A stretch of 63,285 nt of DNA, filler included, from Guillardia theta CCMP2712 (Eukaryota > Protista > Cryptophyta), in NCBI RefSeq assembly GCF_000315625.1. It is 3 parts of 3 records of this genome, joined end to end, with 100 filler letters (N's around TTAATTAATTAA, not from the genome) between each part and the next. Parts side by side here need not be neighbours in the genome. Positions count along the whole stretch, not along the records: positions 1 to 29,652 come from NW_005434385.1; positions 29,753 to 54,141 come from NW_005434405.1; 1 more part is not named here. One strand, written 5' to 3'. This document shows positions 22,921 to 35,119 of the stretch, piece after piece. Each line of letters begins with the position of its first letter. Positions within the stretch are counted from its first letter, which is position 1. The position numbers and the translations under genes are program-made. Below the pieces are notes generated by a model. That model ran no database searches, had not been told where the DNA came from, and saw only the letters and a list, made by a program, of their open reading frames with translations.

Positions 22921-23699
22921 ACGATCCGAACAGCTCCGATCCCTGAGGTAGCGGCTGCAATGAAGCGACTAGCCATGCTGCTAGCAATGGCACAAACTGC
23001 TGCGATCGGAGTGAAAACAGAAAGAACATGGCGTAGAATGACAGAAATGTGGAGTAGATGATATTGATACAAATGCGAAGAACGAGAGAGAATGAAAGGG
23101 AGAGGGGGGCGAGAAGACGAGATTGTCGGTGATCAAATATGATCATAATCGAGATGATCGAGATTATGATGATACAGATAATTTCGACGAGATTCGAACA
23201 TGTCTTGACACAATTACCATAGTCAGCACCAAACCCCAAACACGTCAATGGAAATGATGGTAGAGATGGTTCAGAAACGAAGATCATCTAAATAGAAGCG
23301 CTCATGTGCATGACAAAGGTGATCGTGAGGAAGAACAAGAGAAGCATGAAGATAGTGACGATGAAACAGTCTTCGAAACGCGAGCGAATGAAATGATCAA
23401 CAATGTGATGAAAATTTTATGGACAAGACAGAGGAATTCAGAGAAACGAGTGATGATATTGAGTTTCAAGATAAGCTGATTGATTTACTTCCAATGACAA
23501 AGGCAGTAATGCAAAACGACGGAGGTATGGGAAGAGAACATTAAAGGAGCAAGGAAAGGAGGCGGGAGTGGTTTGAGAAGGTAGTAGGTCTAGACGAAGG
23601 TGAATAGAAGAGCAAGCTATTCAAGTTGCAAACCTCACAGATAGAAGAAGTTCAAACACGAAGTGATGACAGCGAGAAGAGCACAGACAGAGCAAAAGA

Positions 23700-23792
23700 A
23701 AGAAAGAAAGACAGACAGACAGAAAGACAGACAGACAGACAGACAGAAAGACAGACAGACAGTCAGACAGACAGACAGACAGACAGACAGAA

Positions 23793-23823
<31 letters not shown>

Positions 23824-23851
23824 AAGACAGACAGACAGAAAGACAGACAGA
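23700..23851. repeat. (AGAC)n microsatellite
   Basis: Read directly. Confidence 0.95.
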
Positions 23852-24148
23852 GAGCATGCAATGCCAGGGAACCATGGACATCAACAGGTGGAGTGGAGGG
23901 AGAAAGCAAAATGGGAAGACTGATAAAGGAGCGAGAGCCAGTACAAGTTGGGCATTAAGTAGATTGCTTGAAGGCACGATTGATGCTTTGGAAGTAAAAG
24001 GAGAGCTGAAGGCTGCGAGGGGACAGCGGTGAATGACAACGTGAAAGAATTCACGGAGGGGGGGGAAATTGATAGAGAAGGAGGAGGATGCAGAACTTGA
24101 GGAGGAGGAGGCGGGACATTTTCATGCTAGTGATGTAGCTACTGATAG

Positions 24149-26864
24149 ATGGAAGGCGACTGCTGCGACGAGTGCGGGCCGACGGAAGTGAACACAGTGA
24201 TCATCTCGCATCTCGTGAAAGTTCGCAAGGACAAGTTGACGGTGATGTACAACGGCAAAGCAAATCACGCGCAGGATGTTGGAGTGAGAGAAACATCCTG
24301 CCGGCACCTCAACTCACTCGCTTTGCAGTCAGTGCAGGCCAATCGTCCCTTCTCCAAGACTTCGCTGGTCGGGTACTTTGAGATGACTGTCCTCAATGCT
24401 GGCACGCGAGGGTGGGGAGGCGAGCAGGGCGGCAGGAGCTGACTGACTTGCACAGGTGCATGTCCATCGGTCTTGCGAGCTCGGACTTCAACAACACGCG
24501 CCATCCGGGTTGGGAGCCAGGGTAAGGGGAGGAAGAAGACGGGGGTTAGAGGAAGGGAGACATGCTGAGGCAGATGTAGGTCGTATGGATACCACGGAGA
24601 CGACGGAAAGAAGTACTGTCATCCTTCGCGCGGGTGAACGAAGGAGCCTCGTCCCCCAACTCACTCACATCTCAGCGAGCCCTACGCGTCCAAGTTCGGC
24701 TCCGACGACGTCGTTGGCTGCGGTTTCAACTTCGTGAGCAGGGAAATTTTCTTCACGAAGAACGGAAAGAGCTTAGGTTACCTCCATCCTATTACCCGCC
24801 TTATCGTACCCGCCCCTGCGCCTCCTCCCCCCCCCCCTCCCTCCTCCTCCTCCCCCTCCTCTGTCTTCGCCCCCGTCCTCGATTCCTCCCCTTTCTTCCC
24901 CTAGCCTCTCTTCTCATGACGTTCACACAGGTGTGGCCTTCACCAATCCCGACGACAGGTAGGATCAATCTTTCTCCTGCTGCTCGTTATGTTGATCTTT
25001 CTTTCTTGTTGTCTGCTCTTGATTTTGCTGTGCTCGTCTCCACTTTGTATCCCCTCTAACTCAATCGCTCTTCCTCTCCCTTCGTCCTCTCAACCGCTGA
25101 AATTTCTTCTTCTTGATTGCCTCGTTTGGTCATCCTCGTTCCTCTCTCCCTCATCTACCCCCGTTCTCTGCTCGCTTGTGCAGCTACTTCCCTACTGTCG
25201 GGCTGCACTCGGAAGGCGAGCAGGTTCGTCTCAACTTCGGGGACGACCCTCAGCGTCCCTTCCTGTTCCCGCTGGACCTTCTCCTCCGCGAAGAGCGAGA
25301 CAAGATTACCTCAACTGTATCCAATGTGAGAGCAGAGAACGAGGAGAAGAGAGGGGAGGGAGACAGGGGGAGGAGGGGAGGGAGAAGGAAGGAGTGGGGC
25401 AGAGAGGGGAGGGAGAGGAGGCTGCATTTATACGAGGGTAGCAGGAGGGAGACATTGAGTGTGCGGGCAGATCCCAATGAGTGTGATGGACATGAACCGT
25501 CTAGTCGCCAACTTCCTGCGGCACGAAGGCTACCTCGACTCGCTCGTCTCCTTCCAGGTCTCACGCCGCACCCACAAACGAGCGACTGGAGTAACCCGCG
25601 ATTCACAGGAATGCGCGATGCTGCCTGGGGGAGGAGAGGAGCAGTGGAGCTCCAGCGAATCTGAAGAGAAGAGAAGCGGTGAGAGGACAAGAGAGATAGA
25701 GACAAGGGCAGAGCAGGGGAGGAAGGGAAGCCGGCACACCGGCAGGGGAGGAGAGGAGGACATGACAGAGGCAACAGAAGTAATAGATAAATAGAGTAGG
25801 AGGGAGGTGGGCGAGTCGAGAGAGTTGATCAGGATCTAATGAATGCATTGTTTGTCCCAGCTATTCGTCAGCTGATCATTCAAGGAAATATGGACAAAGC
25901 GGAAGAAGCAATCCGGGAAAGGTTTCCGTCGCTGCTCGAGAGCAAGAGAAGGTGATTGCTGCTGCGGCTGCGGCTGCGGCTGAGAGGGTGCAGGGCCAAG
26001 GCTTTCATCAACGGTCAGAAGTTCATAGAGATGCTGCTCGCAGAGCGACAGGAGGACGCGATCATGTTTGCAAGGTGATGCGGGGGGATGAAAACATCTC
26101 CACGTCCTGACCCCCCGACACCGTCACCGCCATCTTCATCACTCCCTCCTGCTCCTGTCTCCTTTCCACCACCTCCTCTTTCTCCTCTTCCACCACGATC
26201 TCTTCCTGCTTTTTCACCTGCATCTTCGTCCTCACCCCCTCCGTCTATGCAGAGAAAACCTGGCCAAGGTGCTTCACGAGTCGAGCACCGACGTGCACAT
26301 GGCCGACTGCCCCGAGGAGAAGCAAGGTCGCCCACCGACTTCAGAGATCGTCAGCTACCTCGAGGTGAGGGAGGGAGCGTCTACTGGGCTGTGACATGGC
26401 TGCAGGAGGTCATCGGTCTGCTTGCCTACGAGGACCCCGCAAACTCTCCGCTGTCCCACCTGCTCTCCTCCGAGCACAGGAAGAAGGTTGCAGACGTTGT
26501 CAACACCGCCATTCTCGGTCGGCCAGTGTCTCCCTGTGTTCCTGCCTGACTTGTGTCCTCCTCAAGAGCATGAGAATGTGGGGAGCCGCTCCGAGCTGGA
26601 AGTGCTCCTGAAGCAGCTGGTGGCCTGCCAAGACACCCTACGAAGAATGAAGGTGACAACGAGGGATAGAAGGGCATGGGAAGCGAGACGAGACAGGAGG
26701 CGAGATAGGGGAAATGGACGAGACAAGATAACGAGAGAGGGGAGGAGAAGAGGTGGGTTTGGCTGACGGGGAACGAGGAGGGAAAGGAGGGAGCAGAGGG
26801 ATGACCATGTTTCCAGGGAAGCAGGGGCCCAAAGTTTGTACTGGAGGAGGCGATCAGGCGGTGA
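24149..26864 (+). CDS. RanBP9/RanBP10-like CTLH-complex subunit (SPRY-LisH-CTLH-CRA), many introns
   Basis: [74 protein letters not shown] (LisH), [27 protein letters not shown] (CRA). Confidence 0.88.
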
Positions 26865-26869
26865 GAGGT

Positions 26870-27952
26870 TTATTCTCGCCGCCGCCCGCATGTGCCGCAG
26901 GTTGTTTGACGAGGGGAGGAGGGGGAGGAGGGGAAGCACAAGCCCTCGCAGAACGAGTCTGTGCAACGGTGGCTGCGATTAAACGCCTCGATCAGCTGCC
27001 GCTCCTCCTCGGGCCCTGCGACGCACAGGGGACAAGAGCAGAGGAACTGGTAGACCTTATGGAGCCAATCGCGCCTCTCCTCCTTGTTCTCCATCAGACT
27101 CGCGTCGCTGTAGCTGATGCACAGCTCCTCGCCTGCCACGATCTCTCGCAAGGTCACGACGGACAGGAGACGCTTGTTGCTCTCGACGCGTTGGACGATG
27201 GTGACATTGGGAAGGCAAGAGTGATTGAGAAAGCAAACTCGAGGGAAGATGCCGAAGCCTATCATGGCGACTCTCTTCCCTTCCTCCTTCTTCCATATCC
27301 CCACTGAGTTGCTCTGCTCTGCGCACAGAATGACTTCCAGCTCTTCCTCTTCGATGCGCGCAGAGAGAGGAAGCGCATCAAGGATGATGCTTGCCACTAG
27401 CGAGAGCTCCGATCTTCTCGCTGCAGGAACACGATCTTCGTTGGAAGCAAGACGGTCGAGGAGATCCCTGATCTTTGAACTTCCTCGTAGAGATTCTTCG
27501 GCCATGCGGCATAGCAACATGACCATGAGCCGAGCGAGCGGAACATCGTCCACCCTCAGCAGCTCGCGGTCCAATCGCATCAAACTATTGCACTCCCCGT
27601 CTCTGCTGCCCTTCCGCTGGTGCCTCTCCTCGTCTTCCCTCCAGCATTGCTCTGAGCACCACCATCCATTGCAGTCTCGACAGCTTCTGGGATGCTCAAG
27701 AGCCTCCCCGCTACCCATGCAGTACATGCACGTGCCTGGTCCCTCCTGCAGCCCCACCAGCACGAGCGCCTCGTCCTCTCCCACCACCTCCCCCCCTCTC
27801 AAGCCTCTCTGAGCCACCGTCCTCCTTCCCCGTCCCTCGTCTCTCCCCTCCTTGTTCTCCGCATCTCTCCCCTCCCCCTCCCCCTCGCCATCATCGTCCA
27901 CCACCGCCACTGCCTCCCATCCTGCCATGCCAGATGCCCTACCACCACTCAA
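26870..27952 (-). CDS. SET-MYND (SMYD-like) lysine methyltransferase
   Basis: RGRRTVAQRGLRGGEVV, CMYC..CRDC..WCSEQC (MYND), FLNHSCLPN, GEELCISY, FLCSCPLC (post-SET). Confidence 0.88.
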   Translation of the reverse strand: MSGGRASGMAGWEAVAVVDDDGEGEGEGRDAENKEGRDEGRGRRTVAQRGLRGGEVVGEDEALVLVGLQEGPGTCMYCMGSGEALEHPRSCRDCNGWWCSEQCWREDEERHQRKGSRDGECNSLMRLDRELLRVDDVPLARLMVMLLCRMAEESLRGSSKIRDLLDRLASNEDRVPAARRSELSLVASIILDALPLSARIEEEELEVILCAEQSNSVGIWKKEEGKRVAMIGFGIFPRVCFLNHSCLPNVTIVQRVESNKRLLSVVTLREIVAGEELCISYSDASLMENKEERRDWLHKVYQFLCSCPLCVAGPEEERQLIEAFNRSHRCTDSFCEGLCFPSSPSSPRQTTCGTCGRRRE

Positions 27953-29016
27953 CTATTGCTGCAGTACCCCTACCCCATGCACCAATGACCATGACCCTAC
28001 CCACAACAATCCAGAACTGATTGGATAATACTACCCCTTCAAATGACCCCACCCTGATTTCAAAGTACCATCCTGGCTACCCCCATTTTGACCGGAATCT
28101 GGAGGGGGTACGTGGGGTACCAGGTAGATGATGTTACTCACATCTGTTGTGTCTCGTTTCTGGATTCCTGCCGGTGAAGGTGTAAATCTGGTCAATTGAT
28201 TTGAAATAATTATTGAAATTGATGTTTTCAAGTATTTAATTTGGGTTTTTATCACATTGAATTCGAAATTGATGCAAAAGGGGACCCCAAGAGGAGGAAA
28301 TATTGTCGACAAACCCACACCATGCAGGTAACCCTGACACACAAGACAGGAAGGCATTACAAGACATGAAGCAGCAGCAACAGAAAGTAAACTATCACAG
28401 TCATCATGACATCAACCATGACAACAGTGGCAACTATGACAACAAATATGAAAGAAATATGAACATCGGAGCCACTGGAGCAGCAGGAGCAGGATCAGGA
28501 GGAGAGTGAGCAGAATGAGACCGTAGGATCATGAAAGAGGATGGCTGAAATCATTCTGATAGAGATAGACTTTCTCAAGACCATGAAAACGATGATGACA
28601 CGACTACGATGATTATCATTTTGAAGAAGAGAACAATTGAAGAAGAATGCGTAAGCGGTGCCGGGCTATGATTATCATCATCGATGATGAGCCAATGCAT
28701 GGATGATCAAGAAAGAGGAAGAGATCGTAACATGATCATGACGAGCTGGGAAACTTTGTCAGTTGGTTGCTCTCACACCCCTCAGAATGGTGCAAGTCCC
28801 TTATCCTTTCCTTCTCTGTACGGATGAGGTCTGGTCCTGTGTACTCACCTCTTCCTACCCAGGTGGCATATAGTCTGCTGGTCCTCGTCCTCCTCCTGGA
28901 GCATGTGCATCTCTAGGCGACGGGGCTGCTGTGCTGATCTTCTTCCAGGTGCTTTGCTTTCACTTGCATCCCACAAGCCTGCAGAATTTCAACGTGGGGA
29001 GAAGAAGTATCAAGGT

Positions 29017-29652
29017 AAGCTAGATCCATCACCATCACCATCACCATCATCTAAGCTAGATCCATCACCACCACCACCATCATCTAAGCTAGATCCATCA
29101 CCACCACCACCATCATCATCTAAGCTAGATCCATCACCACCACCATCATCATCTAAGCTAGATCCATCACCACCACCACCATCATCATCTAAGCTAGATC
29201 CATCACCACCACCATCATCTAAGCTAGATCCATCACCACCACCATCATCATCTAAGCTAGATCCATCACCATCACCATCATCTAAGCTAGATCCATCACC
29301 ACCACCACCATCATCATCTAAGCTAGATCCATCACCATCACCATCATCTAAGCTAGATCCATCACCACCACCACCATCATCTAAGCTAGATCCATCACCA
29401 TCATCATCATCTAAGCTAGATCCATCACCATCACCATCATCTAAGCTAGATCCATCACCATCACCATCATCATCTAAGCTAGATCCATCACCATCATCAT
29501 CATCATCTAAGCTAGATCCATCACCATCACCATCATCTAAGCTAGATCCATCACCACCACCATCATCATCTAAGCTAGATCCATCACCATCACCATCATC
29601 ATCATCTAAGCTAGATCCTTCACCATCACCATCATCATCATCTAAGCTAGAT
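29017..29652. repeat. Minisatellite: TCTAAGCTAGATCCA core with variable (TCA/CCA)n linkers, running into an assembly gap
   Basis: Read directly. It translates as SSKLDPSPPP in ORF 28903. Confidence 0.9.
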
Positions 29653-29752
29653 NNNNNNNNNNNNNNNNNNNNNNNNNNNNNNNNNNNNNNNNNNNNTTAA
29701 TTAATTAANNNNNNNNNNNNNNNNNNNNNNNNNNNNNNNNNNNNNNNNNNNN
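29653..29752. other. Assembly gap with artificial TTAATTAATTAA spacer
   Basis: N runs surround a six-frame stop linker. The same structure occurs at 54142-54241. Confidence 0.95.
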
Positions 29753-30311
29753 GTCGTTGCTCAGCGAGATCTTTAACGCCTGAAGGAGGAGGGCAAGTCT
29801 GGAGACAGCATGCCATCATCATGGAAGCGCAGCATCTCGTAACCCTAGTAGGTACTGTTCAGAAGCTTGAAGCCACGTTGCAATCCGCAACAAAGGCATG
29901 ATGGTATGGCAATCTCATCGTATCTGCACATTCTGATCAAGATTCTCCTCCTCTCCTCCTCTCCTCCTCTCCTCCTCTCCTCCTCTCCTCCCTCTCCTCC
30001 TCTCCTCTTTGTCCTCTCCTGCTCTCTTCCTCCCCACTCCCTTCTCTTCTCCTTTCCATGTCGTCGCCGCGCTGCTTCATCAAAGTTTTGCGCATGGATT
30101 GCTCATGTTTTCTCTAGAGTTCCAGCGCCTCTCACCGCTTATCTATAGCTCCTCCTCCCCTTCTTTCATGCCGAGCCAACAAGTCTCGTGAAAACCTTGA
30201 GAGCGGAGGAGCAAACAGGCTCCTCCTTCAGGGGAGGCAGCGGGAGACGGGCTGGGGAAGATAGGGGAGGAGGAGATCAGCAAGAAGAGGAGGGGCAGCA
30301 GCAGCGAGCAG

Positions 30312-32707
30312 ATGAGAAGCTGCGTCATACAGGTTTATGAGAACCTCCTCCTCCTCCTCCTCCTCCTCCTCCTCCAGCTCAGTCTCGTCTTCCCTTCATC
30401 CCTTCCGACTCCCTCCCCACGCACGTCTACCGACGAGAGGAGCGGGTATGGGAGGCGGTGGGAGGACGAGGACGGGGGCATGTGGCGGTGGTGGAGCGGA
30501 GCAGGTCGCAGCGGTCCAAGTGTCGCTTCTGCGGGCTGAGCATCGGCAAGGAGGAGGTTCGCGTCGGGTTTCCCTTGCGAGACCGTCGGGGAGCAGGAGG
30601 CGTCTTGACTGGCTGGCAGCACGTGGACTGCAGCAGGCTGGGCACGAGCGAGTGCCCCGAGCTGGAGGGATGGGTGGAGGGGCTGAGCGAGCTGGAGGAG
30701 GAGGAGAGGCAGCAGCTGGAGGAGGAGCTGCGGCGTGAGACGATGCCGAAGCACGAGGAGCTGGCGGAGGAGGTGGAGGAGGAGAAGGTCGACCTGTCGT
30801 CGTGTGTGCTTGAGACGCCCAGGGAGCTGGCGGTGGACCTGCTGCCGTTCCAACGAGAGTCGCTGTGGTGGATGGAGCAGCAGGAGGAGGGAGAGGTGAA
30901 AGGAGGCATCCTCGCTGACGAGATGGGGATGGGTAAGACCATCCAGACTATCGCCCTGCTCCTGCACCGCAAGGAAAAGGCGAGAGCTTGGGCGCGGACT
31001 CAGCCGGCGGAGGGAGGAGGAGAGAGCGATGTTGGATCGGGATGCAGTGGAGGAGGAGGAGGAGGAGGAGTGAAGAGGAGAGGAGGGACGCTGGTTGTCT
31101 GTCCTGTCTCTGCTATGAGTCAGTGGCAGGCTGAGATCACCAGCCGCACCCTCCCCAACTCGCTCTCTGTCCTCGTCTGGCATGGATCGGATCGCTCGGC
31201 CCTGCCAGCTTCTGCTCTCTCCTCCTTCGACGTCGTCGTCACCTCCTTCTCCGTCCTCGAGGCTGACTGGCGCGCGTCCTGCCATCGAGTCGCCTGCCGC
31301 TTCTGCCGCAAGCTCTTCCTCCCCCGCGTTCTTCTCCTCCACAACCGCTACTTCTGCGGCCCCTCGGCCGTTCGCACGCAGCGGCTGCAGCTGCGGGAGA
31401 GGAAGAGGGTGAAGATCAAGTCGAAGCTGATCCTCGGGTCCTCTCCTCCTACCCCCTTCAACATCTACAAAGAGCTGGCGGCGGCTGCGACGAAGAAGGG
31501 AGAGGAGGAGGCAACCTTGAAGGAGGAGGAGGGAGAGGAGGAGGAGGAGGAGGAGGAGGAGGAGGAGGAGGAGGAGGAGGAGGAGGAGGAGGAGGAGGAA
31601 GAGGGTTCCAGCAGCAAGAGGAAGAAGACGGAATTTTCTCCTCCTCATCCTCGTAAGCTTGTCCCTCGTTGTGCCTCCTCGGTCTCCAGCCCTAGCGAAG
31701 GCTCGAGCACGCGTGTGCTGAGGGAGGCCTCGCTCGAGCCGCGTGCCTCCTGCCTCTCCTCTTCCTCCGAAGGCGATGTGGAGGAAGCGACGAGACAGTC
31801 GATGCAACAGCGGCGAGTGCAGGAGGAGGAGCAGGAGGCAGGGCCGCAGGAGGAGGAGAGGAGGACCAAGGCGTCGCCTCTGCATGAGGTCGAGTGGTAC
31901 CGGGTGGTGCTGGACGAGGCGCACAGGATCAAGAGCAGGACGACCGGAACCTCCAAGGCTGCTCACGCGCTCCCTGCTCAGCATCGCTGGTGCCTCACGG
32001 GGACCCCCCTGCAGAACCGGCTGGGGGACCTCGTCTCCTTCCTCCGCTTCCTCCGCTGGCAGCCCTGGGCCTGCTTCTTCTGCTCGGTGAAGGAGTGCGA
32101 GTGCTGCGAGGTGCAGCCGGAGTTCGGGGAGGAGAGGAGGAGGTGCGAGAGCTGCGGACACTCGCCGCTGCGGCACTTCTCCTACTTCAACAAGTGGGTG
32201 CTCAATCCCATCCTCCGGTTCGGGTTCGTGGGGCAGGGGAGGATGGCGATGAAGCTGCTGAGGAAGGAGGTGCTGGGACGGGTCATGCTGCGACGGACCA
32301 AGGAGGAGAGGAGGGAGGAAGTGAAGCTGAAGGGAAAGGAGGTGAAGACGAGGATGCTGCAGTTGAGCAGGGACGAGCGAGCCTTCTACGAGAGTCTCTT
32401 CCTCGAGACCCGCGAGACCTTCGACACCTTTGTCGAGCACGGCAACCTCCTCCACAACTACGCCCACGTCTTCGAGCTCCTTGCTCGGATGCGTCAGGCG
32501 TGCGACCATCCTCTCCTCGCGCTCCTCTCCCGTCACTCTTCCCTCCCCGAGCAGCAGTCCTCCTCCTACTGCGACAAGTGCTTCAAGCTCTTCCTGCAGG
32601 ACGAGGAGCCGGTCCGCACCAAGTGCGAGCATAGCTTCCACAGAGCTTGCTTGACCAACAGCTCGACCAACAGCTCGACCGACAGCTCGCCACCTCCTCC
32701 TCCTCCT

Positions 32708-32767
<60 letters not shown>

Positions 32768-34044
32768 CTTAACCTTGAGGATGACATGCTGCCTCTTCGC
32801 TGTCCTGCCTGCCAGGCTGCTCTCGCCCTTGACCTGCGAGTCAATGCCAGCGGGTAGGAGGAGGGGGAGGGGGAGGGAAGGAGGAGCAGCAGCGAAAGGA
32901 GGAGGAGGAGGAGGAAGAGCAGGAGGAGGAGGAAGAGCAGGAGTCTCACTGAGTGCGCAGGTTTGAGAAGAGGAAGAGAGCGAAGAAGAAGTCGATCCTT
33001 CGACAGATCGACTTGCAAAACTTTCGTCCGAGTTCGAAGCTGAAAGCGGTAGAATGAGAAAGAGGGGAGGAGGAGGAAGAGGAGGAGGAGGAGGAGGAGG
33101 AGAGATGACGAGGGAGTAGGTGCGGGAAGAGCTCGAGGAGCTTCGCAAGGACAAGAGGAACAAGGCTGTCATCTTCTCTCAGTTTACGCGCATGCTCGAC
33201 CTCCTCCTGCACTACTTCGCCTCCTCCTCCACCCCCCTCAAGTGCGTCAGACTCACTGGCGACATGCCGCGAGCGGCTCGTGACCTCAACCTCAAGGCCT
33301 TCAACGAAGACCCTGAGACTGCGGTGAAGGAGGAGGAGGAGGAGGAGGAGGAGGAGGAGGAGGAGGAGGAGGAGGAGGAGGAGGAGGAGGAGGAGGAGGA
33401 GGAGCGGGAGGAGGCGGTGGCGGGGCTTTACTTGACTTGACTTGCAGGCTATTCTCATCAGCCTGCGAGCAGGAGGAGAAGGTTTGAACCTTCAGGCAGC
33501 CAACCATGTCTTCATCGTGGACCCGTATGAACCCCCAGCCCCTCGCTCCCCCCCCCCCCCTTCTTCTCCTCCCTCCTCTCCTCCCCCGCCCTCAACTTAT
33601 CGCCCTCATCAGCTGGTGGAACCCCGCGGCTGAGCTTCAGGCCATCGACCGAACTCATCGGATAGGACAGACGCGGCAGGTGAGCGACGGGAGCAGACAG
33701 GAGGAGCGGAGACACGACTCGAGAGGAGAACAGAATTGGAGAGGGAGGGGGAGGGGGAGGAGAGTAACGCGGTTCAAGGTGTTCGCCACAAGGTTCATAG
33801 TATCCGACAGCATCGAGGAGAGGATAATGGAGCTGCAGCGCAAGAAGCAGCTGGTCGGGTGCTCCTCCACCAGCCTCCCCAGCTGACGGCCATGGCAGAT
33901 CGTGTCGGGCACCATCGATGGAGAGGACTCGGCGATGATGCAGGTGAAGAAGCTTGCTCCCCCTCCTTCCTCTCCTCCTGCTCTTCGCTTCTCACGCTGC
34001 CGCAGCTGTCGCAGGAGGACCTCGCTTTCCTCTTCACCCGATGA
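30312..34044 (+). CDS. RAD16: RAD16-like SNF2 helicase with N-terminal PARP-type zinc finger and RING (start approximate)
   Basis: [122 protein letters not shown]. Confidence 0.9.
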
Positions 34045-34059
34045 CGCCACTCCGAGCCC

Positions 34060-35119
34060 TCACTTCTTCTTGAGCACGCCGACGCATCGACCACCTCGTC
34101 CTGTCGTCTTAGTGTGCTGTCCTCGCACTGCAAGCAACAAGAGCCTCGTCACACTCTCCAGTCAACACGTCCTCCTTATCCTCCTCTCATAATCACCTCC
34201 TCCTCCTCCTCCTCCTCCCTCTCTCACCTTTCCATCCCCACGCGTGTCGCAGACCGCGATGGACTCGCATCTTCCTCAGCCTGAAGGAGAGACATCGACC
34301 AAGCGTCAGCTGCCTCCTCCTCCTGCGTCTTCGGCGCCTACAGACCTGTCGAGGTCCTCGCGCAGCTGGAAGTCGAGCTTGTTCACTGTGTTGTGAAGGT
34401 CCAGGCCGGTCTTATAATCCTTCCTCCTGCAAGCACGACCCAGTGAGTGCGAGGAGGAGGAGGAGGAGGAGGAGTGACCGGTTCAGCATCCACGATGGGA
34501 TGTCATAGAGCTTGGGGTTCTCCACAACCTGCACGATCTTCTCGACCTCCTGGCGGCAGCAGAAAGTGAGTGGCAGCGGGAAGGCGGGGGGGTGTGGAAG
34601 AGGAGGAAGAGGATGAAGAGGATGATGATGATGAGGATGAGGAGGATGAGGAGGAGGAGACCTCGGCGGTCAGCTCTCCTGCCAGCCTCGAGTGTGCGAT
34701 GCCTGCTCGCTTGATCACCGCGTCTCCGAACCGACGGCCGATCCCCTTGATCATCGTCAGGGCGTACAGCACCTGCCCAAGCAAGCACAAGCGCGTGAGA
34801 GATGCGAAGATTCGCGAGGCAGCTCGCTCACGTTTCTGGTGCCGTCAATGTTGGTGTTGAAGATGCGAATGACGTGGTTGAATTCATGCCTCTCCTTGAC
34901 AAACGAAGGATACTCTTCCTCCACCTCCCCGCCTCCTCCTCGCACTCGCAGGCACCTGTTGATGAGGCCTCCGGCGGAAAGGCGGGAGGGGCTGGTGGAG
35001 GCCAGCGGATGCGAGAGGATGGCGGGGAGGAGGAGGAGGAGGAGGGCGATGAGCCTCGTGAGCTGCGCGATCGGCTTGAAGGCGAAGGACTGGAGGCTGC
35101 GGGAAAGGGGGGCGGACAT
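34060..35119 (-). CDS. RPS18: Eukaryotic 40S ribosomal protein S18 (uS13) with ~65-aa N-terminal presequence
   Basis: FNHVIRIFNTNIDG, YALTMIKGIGRRF, AGELT, IPSWMLN, RKDYKTG, LREDLDR, HRGLRHAWG, VRGQHTKTTGR..VGVLKKK*. Preceded by a hydrophobic stretch and LRVRGG. Confidence 0.9.

Noticed and set aside
28903-29700. Extensin-like SSKLDPSPPP protein
   Set aside because: The frame is kept by 3n units, but there is no clear signal peptide or gene model and it ends in a gap. Treated as a minisatellite.
29653-29752. TTAATTAATTAA palindrome within N runs (also 54186-54197)
   Set aside because: Artificial scaffolding linker.
30335-33172. 945-aa minus-strand ORF
   Set aside because: Antisense shadow of the GC-rich RAD16-like coding sequence.
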